From contig CAVPIW010000014.1 of NCBI GenBank assembly GCA_963705105.1, positions 128,001 through 192,000 on the forward strand: a stretch of 64,000 bases of DNA, in the 5' to 3' direction. Below, in pieces: positions 23,674 through 33,176 of this stretch (position 1 is the first letter of the stretch; every line of letters begins with the position of its first letter). Both the position numbers and the translations under genes were made by a program. The notes below the pieces were generated by a model. It ran no database searches, was not told where the DNA came from, and saw only the letters and a program-made list of their open reading frames with translations. This DNA is from an uncultured Nitrospiraceae bacterium. Its GTDB lineage: Bacteria > Nitrospirota > Thermodesulfovibrionia > Thermodesulfovibrionales > Dissulfurispiraceae.

Positions 23674-26289
23674 ATGACACCGCCCCCCCTTTTCAGGGTC
23701 ATCCTTCGCCACTCCCTCCTCCTCTTCCTGGGAGCGGCGATGATCCTCTCTCTGGAGTATGTCGGGATGTTCGAGGGGGCGGACAATTACCTCCACGATC
23801 TCTCCTTCCGGGTGAGAGGCACCGTCGTCGCCAATGACAACATCATCATTGTCGCCATAGACGAGCAGACGCTTGAAAAACTCGGCAGGTGGCCTCTCAA
23901 CAGAAGACATTATGCCACGCTGTTGGATCGCACGAGGGAAGCCAGAGTCGTCGCGTTCGATATAATCATGGCCGAACCGACAGGGGATGACATCATTTTC
24001 GAAGAGGCGATGCGGGGCCACGGACATGTGGTCCTGCCGGCACATCTCGACGACGGGCTCGGCTTCCGTAATCCTGCCGGTACCCTGGCTTCTTACAGGG
24101 CGGGCCATGTCCATGTCGAGCAGGGCGTTGACGGTGTCGTCCGGAAGGTGTTTCACCGGCTTAAAAGCGGCAGCGCCTCTCTGCCCTCCTTCTCGCTGGC
24201 GATTCTCGAAACAGTGGACGGAAGCGCACCGGCAACGGAACGTCCACAGGCGAGCCCTTCCTCCGGACATCCTGCCGTTGTGCAGGACGAGGCCATGCAT
24301 ATCAATTTCTACGGTCCCGAGGGAACGTTCCGTACTGTCTCATTTGCCGATGTCATCGATGGAACATACCGTTCCGCCCTGTTTCGCGGCAAGATCGTTT
24401 TCGTCGGCGTGACGGCTGCAGGGCTGGAAGACAAGGTTCTCACGCCATTCACCCAGAACAGAGACCGCATGTCCGGCGTTGAAGTCCATGCTACCTGTCT
24501 CAGCAATCTGCTGCATCAGGACTTCACCCGTGTCCTGCCGGACCGGCTTCGGCTTGTCACTGCCTTGTTTCTCTCCGCCGGAGCCCTCTTTCTCTTCATA
24601 CGACTTGACGAGAAGAGGGCCGTCGCACTGTTGATGGCCGGTCTCGCGACAGTGACTTTCCTGACATTCTTCCTTTTCTCATCGCCGGGCATTTGGGCGA
24701 ACCCGTCTTTGCTGTTTGCGTCTTTTTCCTTCATGTTTCTCGTCGCCTACATCGTGCGGATCGAGAGGGTCGGCCAGTTGCTTTTCTTCGCAAGGGCCGA
24801 ATGGGAGGCAACGTTCAATGACATCAGCGACGCCATCGTCGTCCACGACAGGGACTTCACGATCATCCGCGCCAACAGGGCGGCAGTCCCGTTCATTGAG
24901 GGTGCGCAAAGTGAGACCTGGAAAGCGCGGTTCCGCGGGTTTGGCGGCGGATACCGGGATTCGGCCGATGAAAAGCACCTGCGTCAGGCGAAACCTGCGT
25001 CGGTTGAGGTCTTTGAACCGTCACTCGGCAGATTTCTTGAGATAACGACGATCCCGAGGCTCGACGAACATCACCGGTTCGCAGGCATGATACACCTGAT
25101 CAGGGATGTAACGGAACGGATAGAGGCCGAAAATCAGATACGCACTCATCTGGAGCGACTCCGAGTTCTCCGCACCATCGATCACGCGATCACATCGAGT
25201 CTCGACCTGCAGGTGACACTCAATGTGCTTCTCCACGAGGTCGTCTCCCATCTCCACGTCGACGCCGCTGTCGTGTTGCTCTGCGGGGCCGATGGGGGCT
25301 CACCGGAATTCGCAGCCGGCAGGAGTAGAAACGGCACCATGATGCCGGAGCGGAAAGAGATGACTGCAAATGGACTGTCCCGGGAAGTGGTGCGGTCGAT
25401 GAAGCCACTTGTCATACCCGACCTCGGCGGCAACGCCCCGGCATCTTTCCGCGCCGCCCGAGCAGGAGACTTCCGCGCCTATTTCGGCATGCCCCTCGTC
25501 GTCAAGAGTCAGCTCAGGGGTGTCCTGGAGCTGTATCACCGCACCCCCTTCGATCCCGATGCATCCTGGGTAGATTTTCTCGCAGCGCTGACGGGCCAGG
25601 CAGCGATAGCCATCGACAATGCGCTGATGTTCAAAGACCTCCAGCTCTCACGCGAAGAAATCGTCAAAGCGTACGACGCCACCATCGAGGGATGGTCACG
25701 GGCGATGGATGTCAGGGACAGCGATACGGAGGGACATTCCAGAAGGGTAGCGGATATGACGGTTGCACTGGGCAGGGCGATGTCCGTCCCCGAGGACCAG
25801 CTCGTTCATTACCGGCGCGGCGCCCTCCTCCATGACATCGGAAAGCTCGGTGTTCCCGACAGCATTTTGAGGAAAGAGGGGCCGCTCACCGACGAAGAGA
25901 GGGAACTCATGAAAGCACATCCCGTCATCTCTTATGAAATGCTGTCTCCGATTGCTTTCCTGAGACCAGCCCTCGATATCCCGCATTGTCACCATGAGCG
26001 ATGGGACGGCAAGGGTTATCCGAGGGGCCTGAAGGGTTGTGAAATCCCGCTTTCGGCAAGGATATTCGCCGTTGTGGATATCTGGGACGCCATCTGCTCC
26101 GAGCGGCCGTATAGTCCTGCCTGGTCCAGAGAGCAGGCACTGGCTCACATTCACTCCCTCTCGGGCAGTCACCTCGATGCTTCGGTGGTTGCGGTTTTTC
26201 TGAAGATGCAGGACGATGACAGCCGGGCGCCGGAACATTCAGCTCGGGCGGCTCACGACGACATCGTTCATCCTGCCGGGATTACATGA
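23674..26289 (+). CDS. CHASE2-PAS-GAF-HD-GYP cyclic di-GMP phosphodiesterase
   Basis: CHASE2 (IVAIDE..LGRWP, DGVVR, GVEVHA), three TM helices, PAS, GAF (AAIAIDNA), HDIGK and HHERWDGKGYP. Confidence 0.9.
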   Translation: MTPPPLFRVILRHSLLLFLGAAMILSLEYVGMFEGADNYLHDLSFRVRGTVVANDNIIIVAIDEQTLEKLGRWPLNRRHYATLLDRTREARVVAFDIIMAEPTGDDIIFEEAMRGHGHVVLPAHLDDGLGFRNPAGTLASYRAGHVHVEQGVDGVVRKVFHRLKSGSASLPSFSLAILETVDGSAPATERPQASPSSGHPAVVQDEAMHINFYGPEGTFRTVSFADVIDGTYRSALFRGKIVFVGVTAAGLEDKVLTPFTQNRDRMSGVEVHATCLSNLLHQDFTRVLPDRLRLVTALFLSAGALFLFIRLDEKRAVALLMAGLATVTFLTFFLFSSPGIWANPSLLFASFSFMFLVAYIVRIERVGQLLFFARAEWEATFNDISDAIVVHDRDFTIIRANRAAVPFIEGAQSETWKARFRGFGGGYRDSADEKHLRQAKPASVEVFEPSLGRFLEITTIPRLDEHHRFAGMIHLIRDVTERIEAENQIRTHLERLRVLRTIDHAITSSLDLQVTLNVLLHEVVSHLHVDAAVVLLCGADGGSPEFAAGRSRNGTMMPERKEMTANGLSREVVRSMKPLVIPDLGGNAPASFRAARAGDFRAYFGMPLVVKSQLRGVLELYHRTPFDPDASWVDFLAALTGQAAIAIDNALMFKDLQLSREEIVKAYDATIEGWSRAMDVRDSDTEGHSRRVADMTVALGRAMSVPEDQLVHYRRGALLHDIGKLGVPDSILRKEGPLTDEERELMKAHPVISYEMLSPIAFLRPALDIPHCHHERWDGKGYPRGLKGCEIPLSARIFAVVDIWDAICSERPYSPAWSREQALAHIHSLSGSHLDASVVAVFLKMQDDDSRAPEHSARAAHDDIVHPAGIT

Positions 26290-26306
26290 CGGGCTGAGGA
26301 TGAAAA

Positions 26307-26322
26307 TGTTCCACGTGGAACA
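26307..26322. other. parS centromere-like site
   Basis: Second perfect TGTTCCACGTGGAACA. Confidence 0.85.
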
Positions 26323-26358
26323 TCCATCCCCCAAAGCGGACAGTCCATGATGAATCAA

Positions 26359-26724
26359 CCTTATCGTTGCATACGCTTTCCGGAAAGGCGGGGCGTATGC
26401 GCCACTGAACAGTAGACAATAGGCAGTAATCAGTAGTCGGAAAAAGGCCGCGACCAACTGACGGGGAGGCTGATGTGGTGAAAAACCTTTCCGCTAAGAT
26501 ACCTTATCTGTCCCAGATCACCCTTTGCCGTGTCTGTCGATACCAAATGCCCGTGAGGCAACGGGCATTGAACGCCTTGAGATGTCTCATCATCGCATTG
26601 GAAAGGCTTTGAACCATATCTGCCTTCCCGGAGGAAGCAGTAGTGACACCGACACTGACACTCACACTGTCACTGACACTGTATTTCAGAGCGCTTCGCC
26701 CCGCCTTTTCATGCAACGACAGGG
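26359..26724 (+). repeat. Composite A::B element, direct repeat copy 1
   Basis: A left end, heptamer-like tail, reversed B (26462-26630), hexamer tract and A right end; near-identical to 27277-27643. Confidence 0.95.
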
Positions 26725-26972
26725 TCAAGTGCCGAGTTGATGAAGTTGAATGGGTTGAAGAATCTGACTGAGGTGAATACCGACGCTGTCATGAACACTA
26801 TTTACAATAGATTGACTCCATGCACTCACATCATTACGAAAACAGACGCTGCCGCTTTTCTTTGCGCTCTTTGCGGTTCAGCGCGAGACGGCCTTGAGAT
26901 ATTTTCCTTTCACCGGCATGACCATTGTTGTGCCGAGGCGGTTCGTGCATTCTTCCATATAAAAAGTGATGC

Positions 26973-27056
26973 CTAATTCATGAAAGCGATAGCGAAGGAC
27001 GCCATGGCACCGATGAAACACACTGCACTGAGCGAGTATGAAATGATGGTTTTCAT
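26973..27056 (-). CDS. 27-aa hydrophobic small protein MKTIISYSLSAVCFIGAMASFAIAFMN
   Basis: AAAGAGGAGGA RBS just upstream of the ATG; single hydrophobic helix; sigma54 promoter upstream. Confidence 0.65.
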   Translation of the reverse strand: MKTIISYSLSAVCFIGAMASFAIAFMN

Positions 27057-27119
27057 TGTGTCCTCCTCTTTGTCGGCCCGTTGTCCATGCCCATCGTCAT
27101 GGCTGATGTCATCAATAAA

Positions 27120-27135
27120 TGCAATGACGATGCCA
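27120..27135 (-). promoter_or_regulatory. Sigma54 (-24/-12) promoter
   Basis: Minus strand TGGCATCGTCATTGCA (GG-N10-GC). IHF-like AATCAAAGAGATA at 27141-27153 and palindrome CTATGGAA-N3-TTCCATAG at 27198-27216 lie upstream. Confidence 0.7.
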
Positions 27136-27276
27136 CCTTTTATCTCTTTGATTTTATTGTGTTTCAAGATTGGCCTTTTGGTATGGATTCGCCGATACTA
27201 TGGAATATTTCCATAGAGCATGGGTTTGCACCCCCTGTCATGGGCAAGTTTCTTGGCTATCCTTCACGTGAATAAA

Positions 27277-27643
27277 CCTTATCGTTGCATAGGCTTTCCG
27301 GAAAGGCGGGGCGTATGCGCCACTGAACAGTAGACAATAGGCAGTAATCAGTAGTCGGAAAAAGGCCGCGACCAACTGATGGGGAGGCTGATGTGGTGAA
27401 AAACCTTTCCGCTAAGATACCTTATCTGTCCCCAGACCACCCTTTGCCGTGTCTGTCGATACCAAATGCCCGTGAGGCAACGGGCATTGAACGCCTTGAG
27501 ATGTCTCATCATCGCATTGGAAAGGCTTTGAACCATATCTGCCTTCCCGGAGGAAGCAGTAGTGACACCGACACTGACACTCACACTGTCACTGACACTG
27601 TATTTCAGAGCGCTTCGCCCCGCCTTTTCATGCAACTGGAAGG
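27277..27643 (+). repeat. Composite A::B element, direct repeat copy 2
   Basis: Differs from copy 1 by 3 substitutions and 1 indel over ~360 bp (manual comparison). Confidence 0.95.
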
Positions 27644-27685
27644 TAAACTGTACATGAGACCGCAGCTCTTATGGTAAAATAACAT

Positions 27686-28291
27686 ATGCGTATTGCAAAG
27701 GCTGAACCGCCCACCTATCAGGACCCCCGAAAACGCTCTTCCCCTGACATGTCTCAGGGAGACGCCCCCCGGGGCGTCAGGGAATCGTTTGACTCGGTGC
27801 TGCGGAAGTTGTCGGAAAGCGAAAACGGGGACGACAGGAAGTTCGCCTCGTCTCTCCGCAAGGTGCTGGATCACGAAGGGATTCGCTACGTATCGAACGA
27901 TGCCGGCAAGGGTGAAGGACGGTATGGTATTCTCGGGTCTACGGCGAAGCAATTCGGTTACGGCGGCAGCATGCAGGACATATCGGCTGAACAGGCCGTC
28001 GCCATCTACCGGAAACTCTGGGACAAGTCCGGAGCCGCTTCATTATCCGACCCCTTGGCCATTGCCCACTTCGACACATACGTGAATTCGCCCTCGGCCG
28101 CAGCAAGATTCCTCAAGCAATCCGGCGGGGATGCGTCCGAATACCTGGAGCTGCGTGAGGTCCGGTACAGGCGGCTGGCCACAACCAAGCCCGCGCGGTT
28201 CTCGAAATACCTCAAAGGATGGCTCAACCGCCTCGCGGCCCTCAGGCAGACCGTCTTCGCGGGCGGTCCTGACAAGCCCCGGTCCGGTTAG
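27686..28291 (+). CDS. Glycoside hydrolase family 108-like peptidoglycan hydrolase
   Basis: LDHEG..Y.SND.G.G..YGI catalytic region, AVAIYRKLW, FDTYVN, C-terminal KYLKGWLNRL peptidoglycan-binding-like motif. Confidence 0.7.
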   Translation: MRIAKAEPPTYQDPRKRSSPDMSQGDAPRGVRESFDSVLRKLSESENGDDRKFASSLRKVLDHEGIRYVSNDAGKGEGRYGILGSTAKQFGYGGSMQDISAEQAVAIYRKLWDKSGAASLSDPLAIAHFDTYVNSPSAAARFLKQSGGDASEYLELREVRYRRLATTKPARFSKYLKGWLNRLAALRQTVFAGGPDKPRSG

Positions 28292-28319
28292 CCGGACCCC
28301 CGGTTCTCCACTCATTTCA

Positions 28320-28372
28320 CCTTATCGTTGCAACACACTCTCAGGAAAGGCGGGGTGTATGCAACTACGGGG
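28320..28372 (+). repeat. Minimal family A element (termini only)
   Basis: CCTTATCGTTGCAA..GGAAAGGCGGGGTGT joined directly to ATGCAACTACGGGG, between convergent genes. Confidence 0.75.
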
Positions 28373-28392
28373 TTCACTGACACTACACTATT

Positions 28393-28770
28393 TCACCGGC
28401 CCATGTACCGCTCGTAGGAACGGTTGAACCTGTCGGCAAGCGTGGGGTCCCTTGGTTCGGGACCCCTCAGGTTGAGTTCCATCCGTATCCTTCCGTCGGC
28501 CTGCCTCGATACGAATATCTCCGCTTCCGTCGTCCCCTTTCGTCCGATGATCGTCCCCGTGTCCCTGTTGGCCGACAGGATCTCTATCCCGGCGTCATCG
28601 GCGGCCCTAAGGGCACTGTCCCAGACTCGATCGAAAGAGCTTGGCGGGGGGTAATACACACCGGCGGGCACCGGTTCATACACGACGCAGGCATATGTCT
28701 GTGTGACGATGACGACCGCGAGAGCCAGCCTCAGGGCGGCCCAAAAACTCTTATTCCCTGACAAACTCAT
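28393..28770 (-). CDS. Putative lipoprotein
   Basis: Hydrophobic leader ending TYAC; overlaps the upstream gene stop (translational coupling). Confidence 0.65.
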   Translation of the reverse strand: MSLSGNKSFWAALRLALAVVIVTQTYACVVYEPVPAGVYYPPPSSFDRVWDSALRAADDAGIEILSANRDTGTIIGRKGTTEAEIFVSRQADGRIRMELNLRGPEPRDPTLADRFNRSYERYMGR

Positions 28771-31316
28771 CTACGGCCTCCTCCCCCGCCTCCGCGTGAT
28801 GCGCCTCCTCCGCCACCGCCCCTGAAGGAACCTCCGCTGGGAGCGCCGCCACCCCTGAAGGAGGAACCCCCGCTGGGAGCGCTTCCCCTGAAGGAACCAC
28901 CGGAAGAGGGACTGCTCCTGAAACTCCCGCCAGACGAACGATCAGCCCGGGAGCCTCCCCACTGCGGCATGCCGCCCGGGAATGTCCCGCCGAAAGAACC
29001 CCGGCCCGTCGAAAAGCTCCTCTCCCTGTCGATTCCCCGGGTTCGTGCGGAGAAGTCTCTCTCGAGACCGGGGCGGACACTGTTGAACCGTGACCGGTCT
29101 ATCTGCTCCGCCCGGGACCAGCGGTTGCTGTTGTCGCGCTGCTCCCATCCCCTGTCGGTCCTCCGGTAGACACCCCCGTCGCGGCCGGCATAGACGTTGT
29201 TCTCACTGAACCGGCTGCCCCTTGATGTCTGATCGAATCTCTGTCCTGTCGTGCCGCGGGACGTTTGACCCGTTCCCCTTTCAAAAGGTGTTCTCTGGGT
29301 TCCTTCAAAGCGCCGGTCCGTCGGTCTTGCCGCTCTGGTGTTAGTACCGGTATCGCGGGTCCCTCTCACCGACCTGTCGACGCCGGGGAACTGCCGGCCG
29401 CCGGAGACATATCCGGACCGGCTGAATCCCGAGGCCTGCCTGTTCCACTGGTGTGTCCCCGGCCTGTTGTACACGTTATACGGATGGGCATAGTGACGTG
29501 ATCCGCTCCCTGTGTGCCCGTAATACCTGCCGTAATAATTCTTGTAGTACGGATGATGATAATATCCAACGTGCCCGTAGCCATACCATGGATACCACCA
29601 GCCGCCCCATCCCCACCAGGGAGAGCTGATGACACCGAGGGAAAAACCGAAGAACGCGCCGGAGTAAAAACCGGCGCCGAACCCCCAGTAACCGTAGGGC
29701 TGATAATACCACGGATACAAGCCCCAGGTGAGGGGCGCCGGGTAGTAGTATGAGCCGACCCATCCCGGATACGCATATCCGGTGCCGAAAACAACGCTAC
29801 CCCCGTAGACATAGGATCCGACATAGCCCGGAGTGTAGCCGACATGGACGACTTCCGGCGTCGAGTCATAGATGTAGACGTATTTGACATTGTACACGGG
29901 GCTGTCGGGCGGTATCCTGTCCACCTCCTCCGGTCTGTAGTCGGAAACGACCCAGGGACCGTCAGGGGAGTCCGCCGCAAACCAGACCGCCCTGTGGCAG
30001 GCGTAATATTTGCCGCTTATCTTGAGCACCTGGTAGCTCGTATTCACCGCATATTCAATATCCGTTCCGCCGATCCGCTCAAATTTGGGCGTTCCGTCAT
30101 ATGTGACGTCGAGACGCGCATCAGCACGCTTGATCGCCGCGGTCTGAGGGATCTGGGCATCCGCCACCGCCTCATCGGCCTGTTTCGTGTCGGCGATGAA
30201 GGTGAGCACATAGCCCTTCTCGGACGAAGGCGGGATCTGGTAGAACGTCGCCGGCAGCTTCTGGGAAGCAACGTATGTCCACGGTCCCTCGCTGAGCGAC
30301 TGACTCCTGTACCACCGGCCGGCGAGAACGACATAGTACTGCCGGGACTTTACGTCATAGAAGACGTCCCTGTCGGTGTTGTTCATATAGAGCAGGTCCG
30401 TTCCCGAAACGACGGAGTACTGCGGTTCACCGTCGGAAACGATCAGCTCTGACGGTTCCGTGGCGACGATGACTGCCGGGATGGCGCCGGCTTCTTTCTG
30501 AGAGGTCGTCGTCGCCTGTTCGGCATCCTCAGGCTCCGCGACGCGACGGGCAGCGCGGGCAATGGAAACCGGCGGGCTGGCGACCCTTTCCCAGGCGCCT
30601 TTGATGTCCGCCGTCTTATACCACACTGCGGAACTCTTCAGGTAGTAGGCCTTCTCTCCCGGTTCGTAAAGCATGACGTAGGGCGTATTGACGACCCGCT
30701 GAATGTCCGTCCCCTCGACATCCCTCAGGATCGGCTTGCCGTTGACAACGATGAGAGCAGAGGGGGTCGACGCAAAGAGGATCTTCGGCGGGTCGTTGTT
30801 GATTTTATCGGCCGACGCCTTTTCCCGCTCTATCGACGCCGTCATCGCGACAAAACGGTCCTGTGACATCGACATCGCGGCACCCGATGCCATCTGGTTC
30901 ACGAGGGACTGAGCGAGATCCTTGTCCTGCTCTGCCGCCTCCTTCGAGTAACGCAGATTTTCGATCTTCACGTCGGCGAATTCCACCGTCCTCTCGTCAC
31001 GGTCCGTCGCGATGCGCGCCGAAAACCAGACGACGCCGAAGATCGGCTCCTTTTCACCCTTCCTGAGAATCGCTATGGCCGACCGGGCGTTGACTTTGTC
31101 GGCCTTGAACATCTCGAGCTGAGGCTGGTAAATCGTCACCTTGCCATTCTTTGAATGGACCTCCCGCGGCCAGTTCCAGTCAGCCCCGGCCGTTCCGTAC
31201 CCTGCGCATACGAAGACGGCTGTCATGGCGATTGCGACAGCCCACCACCCGGCAAGCCCCGACACCTTCTTCCCTCTGAACCGGATCTTCATCGTACCCT
31301 CCCCGGCGGGGGACAT
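28767..31316 (-). CDS. Large exported protein with Tyr/Trp/Gly-rich region and Gly/Arg/Ser low-complexity tail
   Basis: Signal peptide, repeated beta-rich units (YY..AGRWY, GPW), aromatic-rich segment, GGSFR repeats at the C-terminus. Confidence 0.7.
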   Translation of the reverse strand: MSPAGEGTMKIRFRGKKVSGLAGWWAVAIAMTAVFVCAGYGTAGADWNWPREVHSKNGKVTIYQPQLEMFKADKVNARSAIAILRKGEKEPIFGVVWFSARIATDRDERTVEFADVKIENLRYSKEAAEQDKDLAQSLVNQMASGAAMSMSQDRFVAMTASIEREKASADKINNDPPKILFASTPSALIVVNGKPILRDVEGTDIQRVVNTPYVMLYEPGEKAYYLKSSAVWYKTADIKGAWERVASPPVSIARAARRVAEPEDAEQATTTSQKEAGAIPAVIVATEPSELIVSDGEPQYSVVSGTDLLYMNNTDRDVFYDVKSRQYYVVLAGRWYRSQSLSEGPWTYVASQKLPATFYQIPPSSEKGYVLTFIADTKQADEAVADAQIPQTAAIKRADARLDVTYDGTPKFERIGGTDIEYAVNTSYQVLKISGKYYACHRAVWFAADSPDGPWVVSDYRPEEVDRIPPDSPVYNVKYVYIYDSTPEVVHVGYTPGYVGSYVYGGSVVFGTGYAYPGWVGSYYYPAPLTWGLYPWYYQPYGYWGFGAGFYSGAFFGFSLGVISSPWWGWGGWWYPWYGYGHVGYYHHPYYKNYYGRYYGHTGSGSRHYAHPYNVYNRPGTHQWNRQASGFSRSGYVSGGRQFPGVDRSVRGTRDTGTNTRAARPTDRRFEGTQRTPFERGTGQTSRGTTGQRFDQTSRGSRFSENNVYAGRDGGVYRRTDRGWEQRDNSNRWSRAEQIDRSRFNSVRPGLERDFSARTRGIDRERSFSTGRGSFGGTFPGGMPQWGGSRADRSSGGSFRSSPSSGGSFRGSAPSGGSSFRGGGAPSGGSFRGGGGGGASRGGGGGGRR

Positions 31317-31595
31317 TCCTCCGCTCCGATCGGATTAGTAGCTACTAAATTATAGACAATATAAGGGGGAAAAAGTTTAAATTCCGCAGCCTGGCGACGC
31401 GAGGCGGCGGTACCATATTTTTCCCGCGGGGCCGACCGATGATACAGGGCGGCATGGTATGAAAAAAATGAAGATATGGACTGTTCTTTTTGGGGTCGTG
31501 ATGGTTTTGGCAGCCGTCGGCGCCGCCAGCAGGAGCTCTATCTCTTCATCCTGCAGTAAAGTCGCCGCAGTCTGCGTCAGTGAGAGGAATACTTC

Positions 31596-31620
31596 GGGCC
31601 GTTCGGGGAACGGCCCCTAC
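31596..31620 (-). repeat. GTAG-type REP-like palindrome
   Basis: Minus strand GTAGGGGCCGTTCCCCGAACGGCCC; related copy at 41661-41685. Confidence 0.65.
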
Positions 31621-31632
31621 AGATCAACAAGG

Positions 31633-33159
31633 TTACTTCTGCTCCCCTCCGTATAATTCCTTGACCTTCACCCTGTCAGGAGAGCCGTCGGGGCGGAGAG
31701 GCATTTTTTCGACGAACTGGACGTACTGGGGCTTTTTGTAGCTGGCGATCTTCGACGCCACGAACTTGGCCAGGTCCGCGGCGTTCAAGTCCGTCCCCGC
31801 CCTTAGCGTGCAGACAGCCTTGATCCCTTCCTTCCACTTCGGGTCCGGCACACCGATCACCACGCATTTATCGACGGCCGGGTGCTGGAGTATCGCATTC
31901 TCCACTTCGGCGGGATAGACGTTCTCTCCTCCGGGCTTGATAAGCTCTTTTTCCGCCTTGCGCCCGGCATACCAGAGGAAGCCGTCCCCGTCGAGCCTCC
32001 CGAGATCGCCCGTATGGTGCCACCCGTTGCGGAACGTGTAGGCATTGTCATCGGGAAGGTTCCAATAGCCCTGAAAGACCATGGGGCCCCGCAACACGAT
32101 CTCTCCCGTCTGCCCGTCAGGAACGGGTTGGTCATCATCGTCGACGAGGCGCAGGTCCCCGAGCTGGATGGTCCGGCCCGCGGCGCCGGGTTTGTCATTG
32201 TAGGCGCCGACGGTGGCGAGGCAGGATGTCTCGGTCTGCCCGAACATGCAATAGAAGGTCCCCCCGGAAACGTCCTGGTATCTCTCGATGGTTTGCGGCA
32301 CGTCGATCCCTATGACGGCCCTGAGCGAGCGGATGCTCTGCCCTGTTTTCTCCTGCTGATCGAGGATGTTGGAAAGGATGGGCGTGAAGTCGAAGAGGAA
32401 CGACGCCTTCTTTTCCCCGATGAGGCTCACCGCCCTGGCGGCGTCGAACCTGCTCATGTTCACATTGAGCGCCCCGGCGTGAAAGGCGCTGGTGGCCGTC
32501 AGCAGCCCCGCGACGTGAAAAATGGGGAGCAGGTTGAGATGGACGTCCTCAGGCATGATTTTCAGATAATATTTGAAGTGCATGTTCGCACAGAGCACGT
32601 TCCCATGGCTGAGCAGGGCGCCTCTCGGCCTCCCGGCGACAGCGGCTGTATGAATAATCACAAAGCCATCAGTCGACGACACTTCGGGCCGTTCGAAGAC
32701 GCCGTCGTTCGTCATCAATGTGTCGAAACCGGCAAAACCGTCAGATCCCTCCCTGAGGCTGCAGAAGGTCTTCACCGTCGTCAACTGCCCCCTGCATTCC
32801 CGCATCGTCCCGTGGTATTCGGGATCGACAAAGACGCCGGCCGGTTCGCAATCGTTCAGGTTGAAGGCCATTTCATGGGCCGACAACCTCCAGTTCACCG
32901 GCAGCATGATGGCGCCGACAGCCGATGACGCCCCGTAGAGGAGGAAGAATTCCAGGCTGTTCTTGCCCAGGACGCCAATCCGGTCCCCCTGGCGGATGCC
33001 GATCTTCTGAAGGCCGCAGGCGAGGCGGTCGACTTGCTCCTTGTACTGCCCAAAAGTGAGTTCGCGGCCGTCGTCTGCCTCGAACCATGCGGGCCTGTCC
33101 CTGTGGATAACAGCGTTCCTGCTGATGATATCGTAAAACGTCAGATCATAGAGTCCCAT
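31633..33159 (-). CDS. AMP-dependent acyl-CoA synthetase (long-chain fatty acid-CoA ligase-like)
   Basis: HTAAVAGRPRG P-loop variant, FGQTET, HTGDLG and GGENVYPAEVE motifs. Confidence 0.9.
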   Translation of the reverse strand: MGLYDLTFYDIISRNAVIHRDRPAWFEADDGRELTFGQYKEQVDRLACGLQKIGIRQGDRIGVLGKNSLEFFLLYGASSAVGAIMLPVNWRLSAHEMAFNLNDCEPAGVFVDPEYHGTMRECRGQLTTVKTFCSLREGSDGFAGFDTLMTNDGVFERPEVSSTDGFVIIHTAAVAGRPRGALLSHGNVLCANMHFKYYLKIMPEDVHLNLLPIFHVAGLLTATSAFHAGALNVNMSRFDAARAVSLIGEKKASFLFDFTPILSNILDQQEKTGQSIRSLRAVIGIDVPQTIERYQDVSGGTFYCMFGQTETSCLATVGAYNDKPGAAGRTIQLGDLRLVDDDDQPVPDGQTGEIVLRGPMVFQGYWNLPDDNAYTFRNGWHHTGDLGRLDGDGFLWYAGRKAEKELIKPGGENVYPAEVENAILQHPAVDKCVVIGVPDPKWKEGIKAVCTLRAGTDLNAADLAKFVASKIASYKKPQYVQFVEKMPLRPDGSPDRVKVKELYGGEQK

Positions 33160-33176
33160 GGATCAACCTCGCTTTA

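Noticed and set aside
27261..27274. Third parS site (TTCACGTGAA core)
   Set aside because: Only the central 10 bp match; the outer TGT/ACA arms are absent.
26359..27643. CRISPR array, or att sites of an integrative element
   Set aside because: Only two long repeats with no repeat-spacer periodicity, and no cas, integrase or tRNA gene nearby. A misassembled duplication is also less likely because the copies differ at four positions and flank unique DNA.
31459..31656. 65-aa ORF with signal-peptide-like start
   Set aside because: Weak RBS, and it runs into a REP-like palindrome and overlaps the convergent gene. It may be a gene remnant but cannot be supported.
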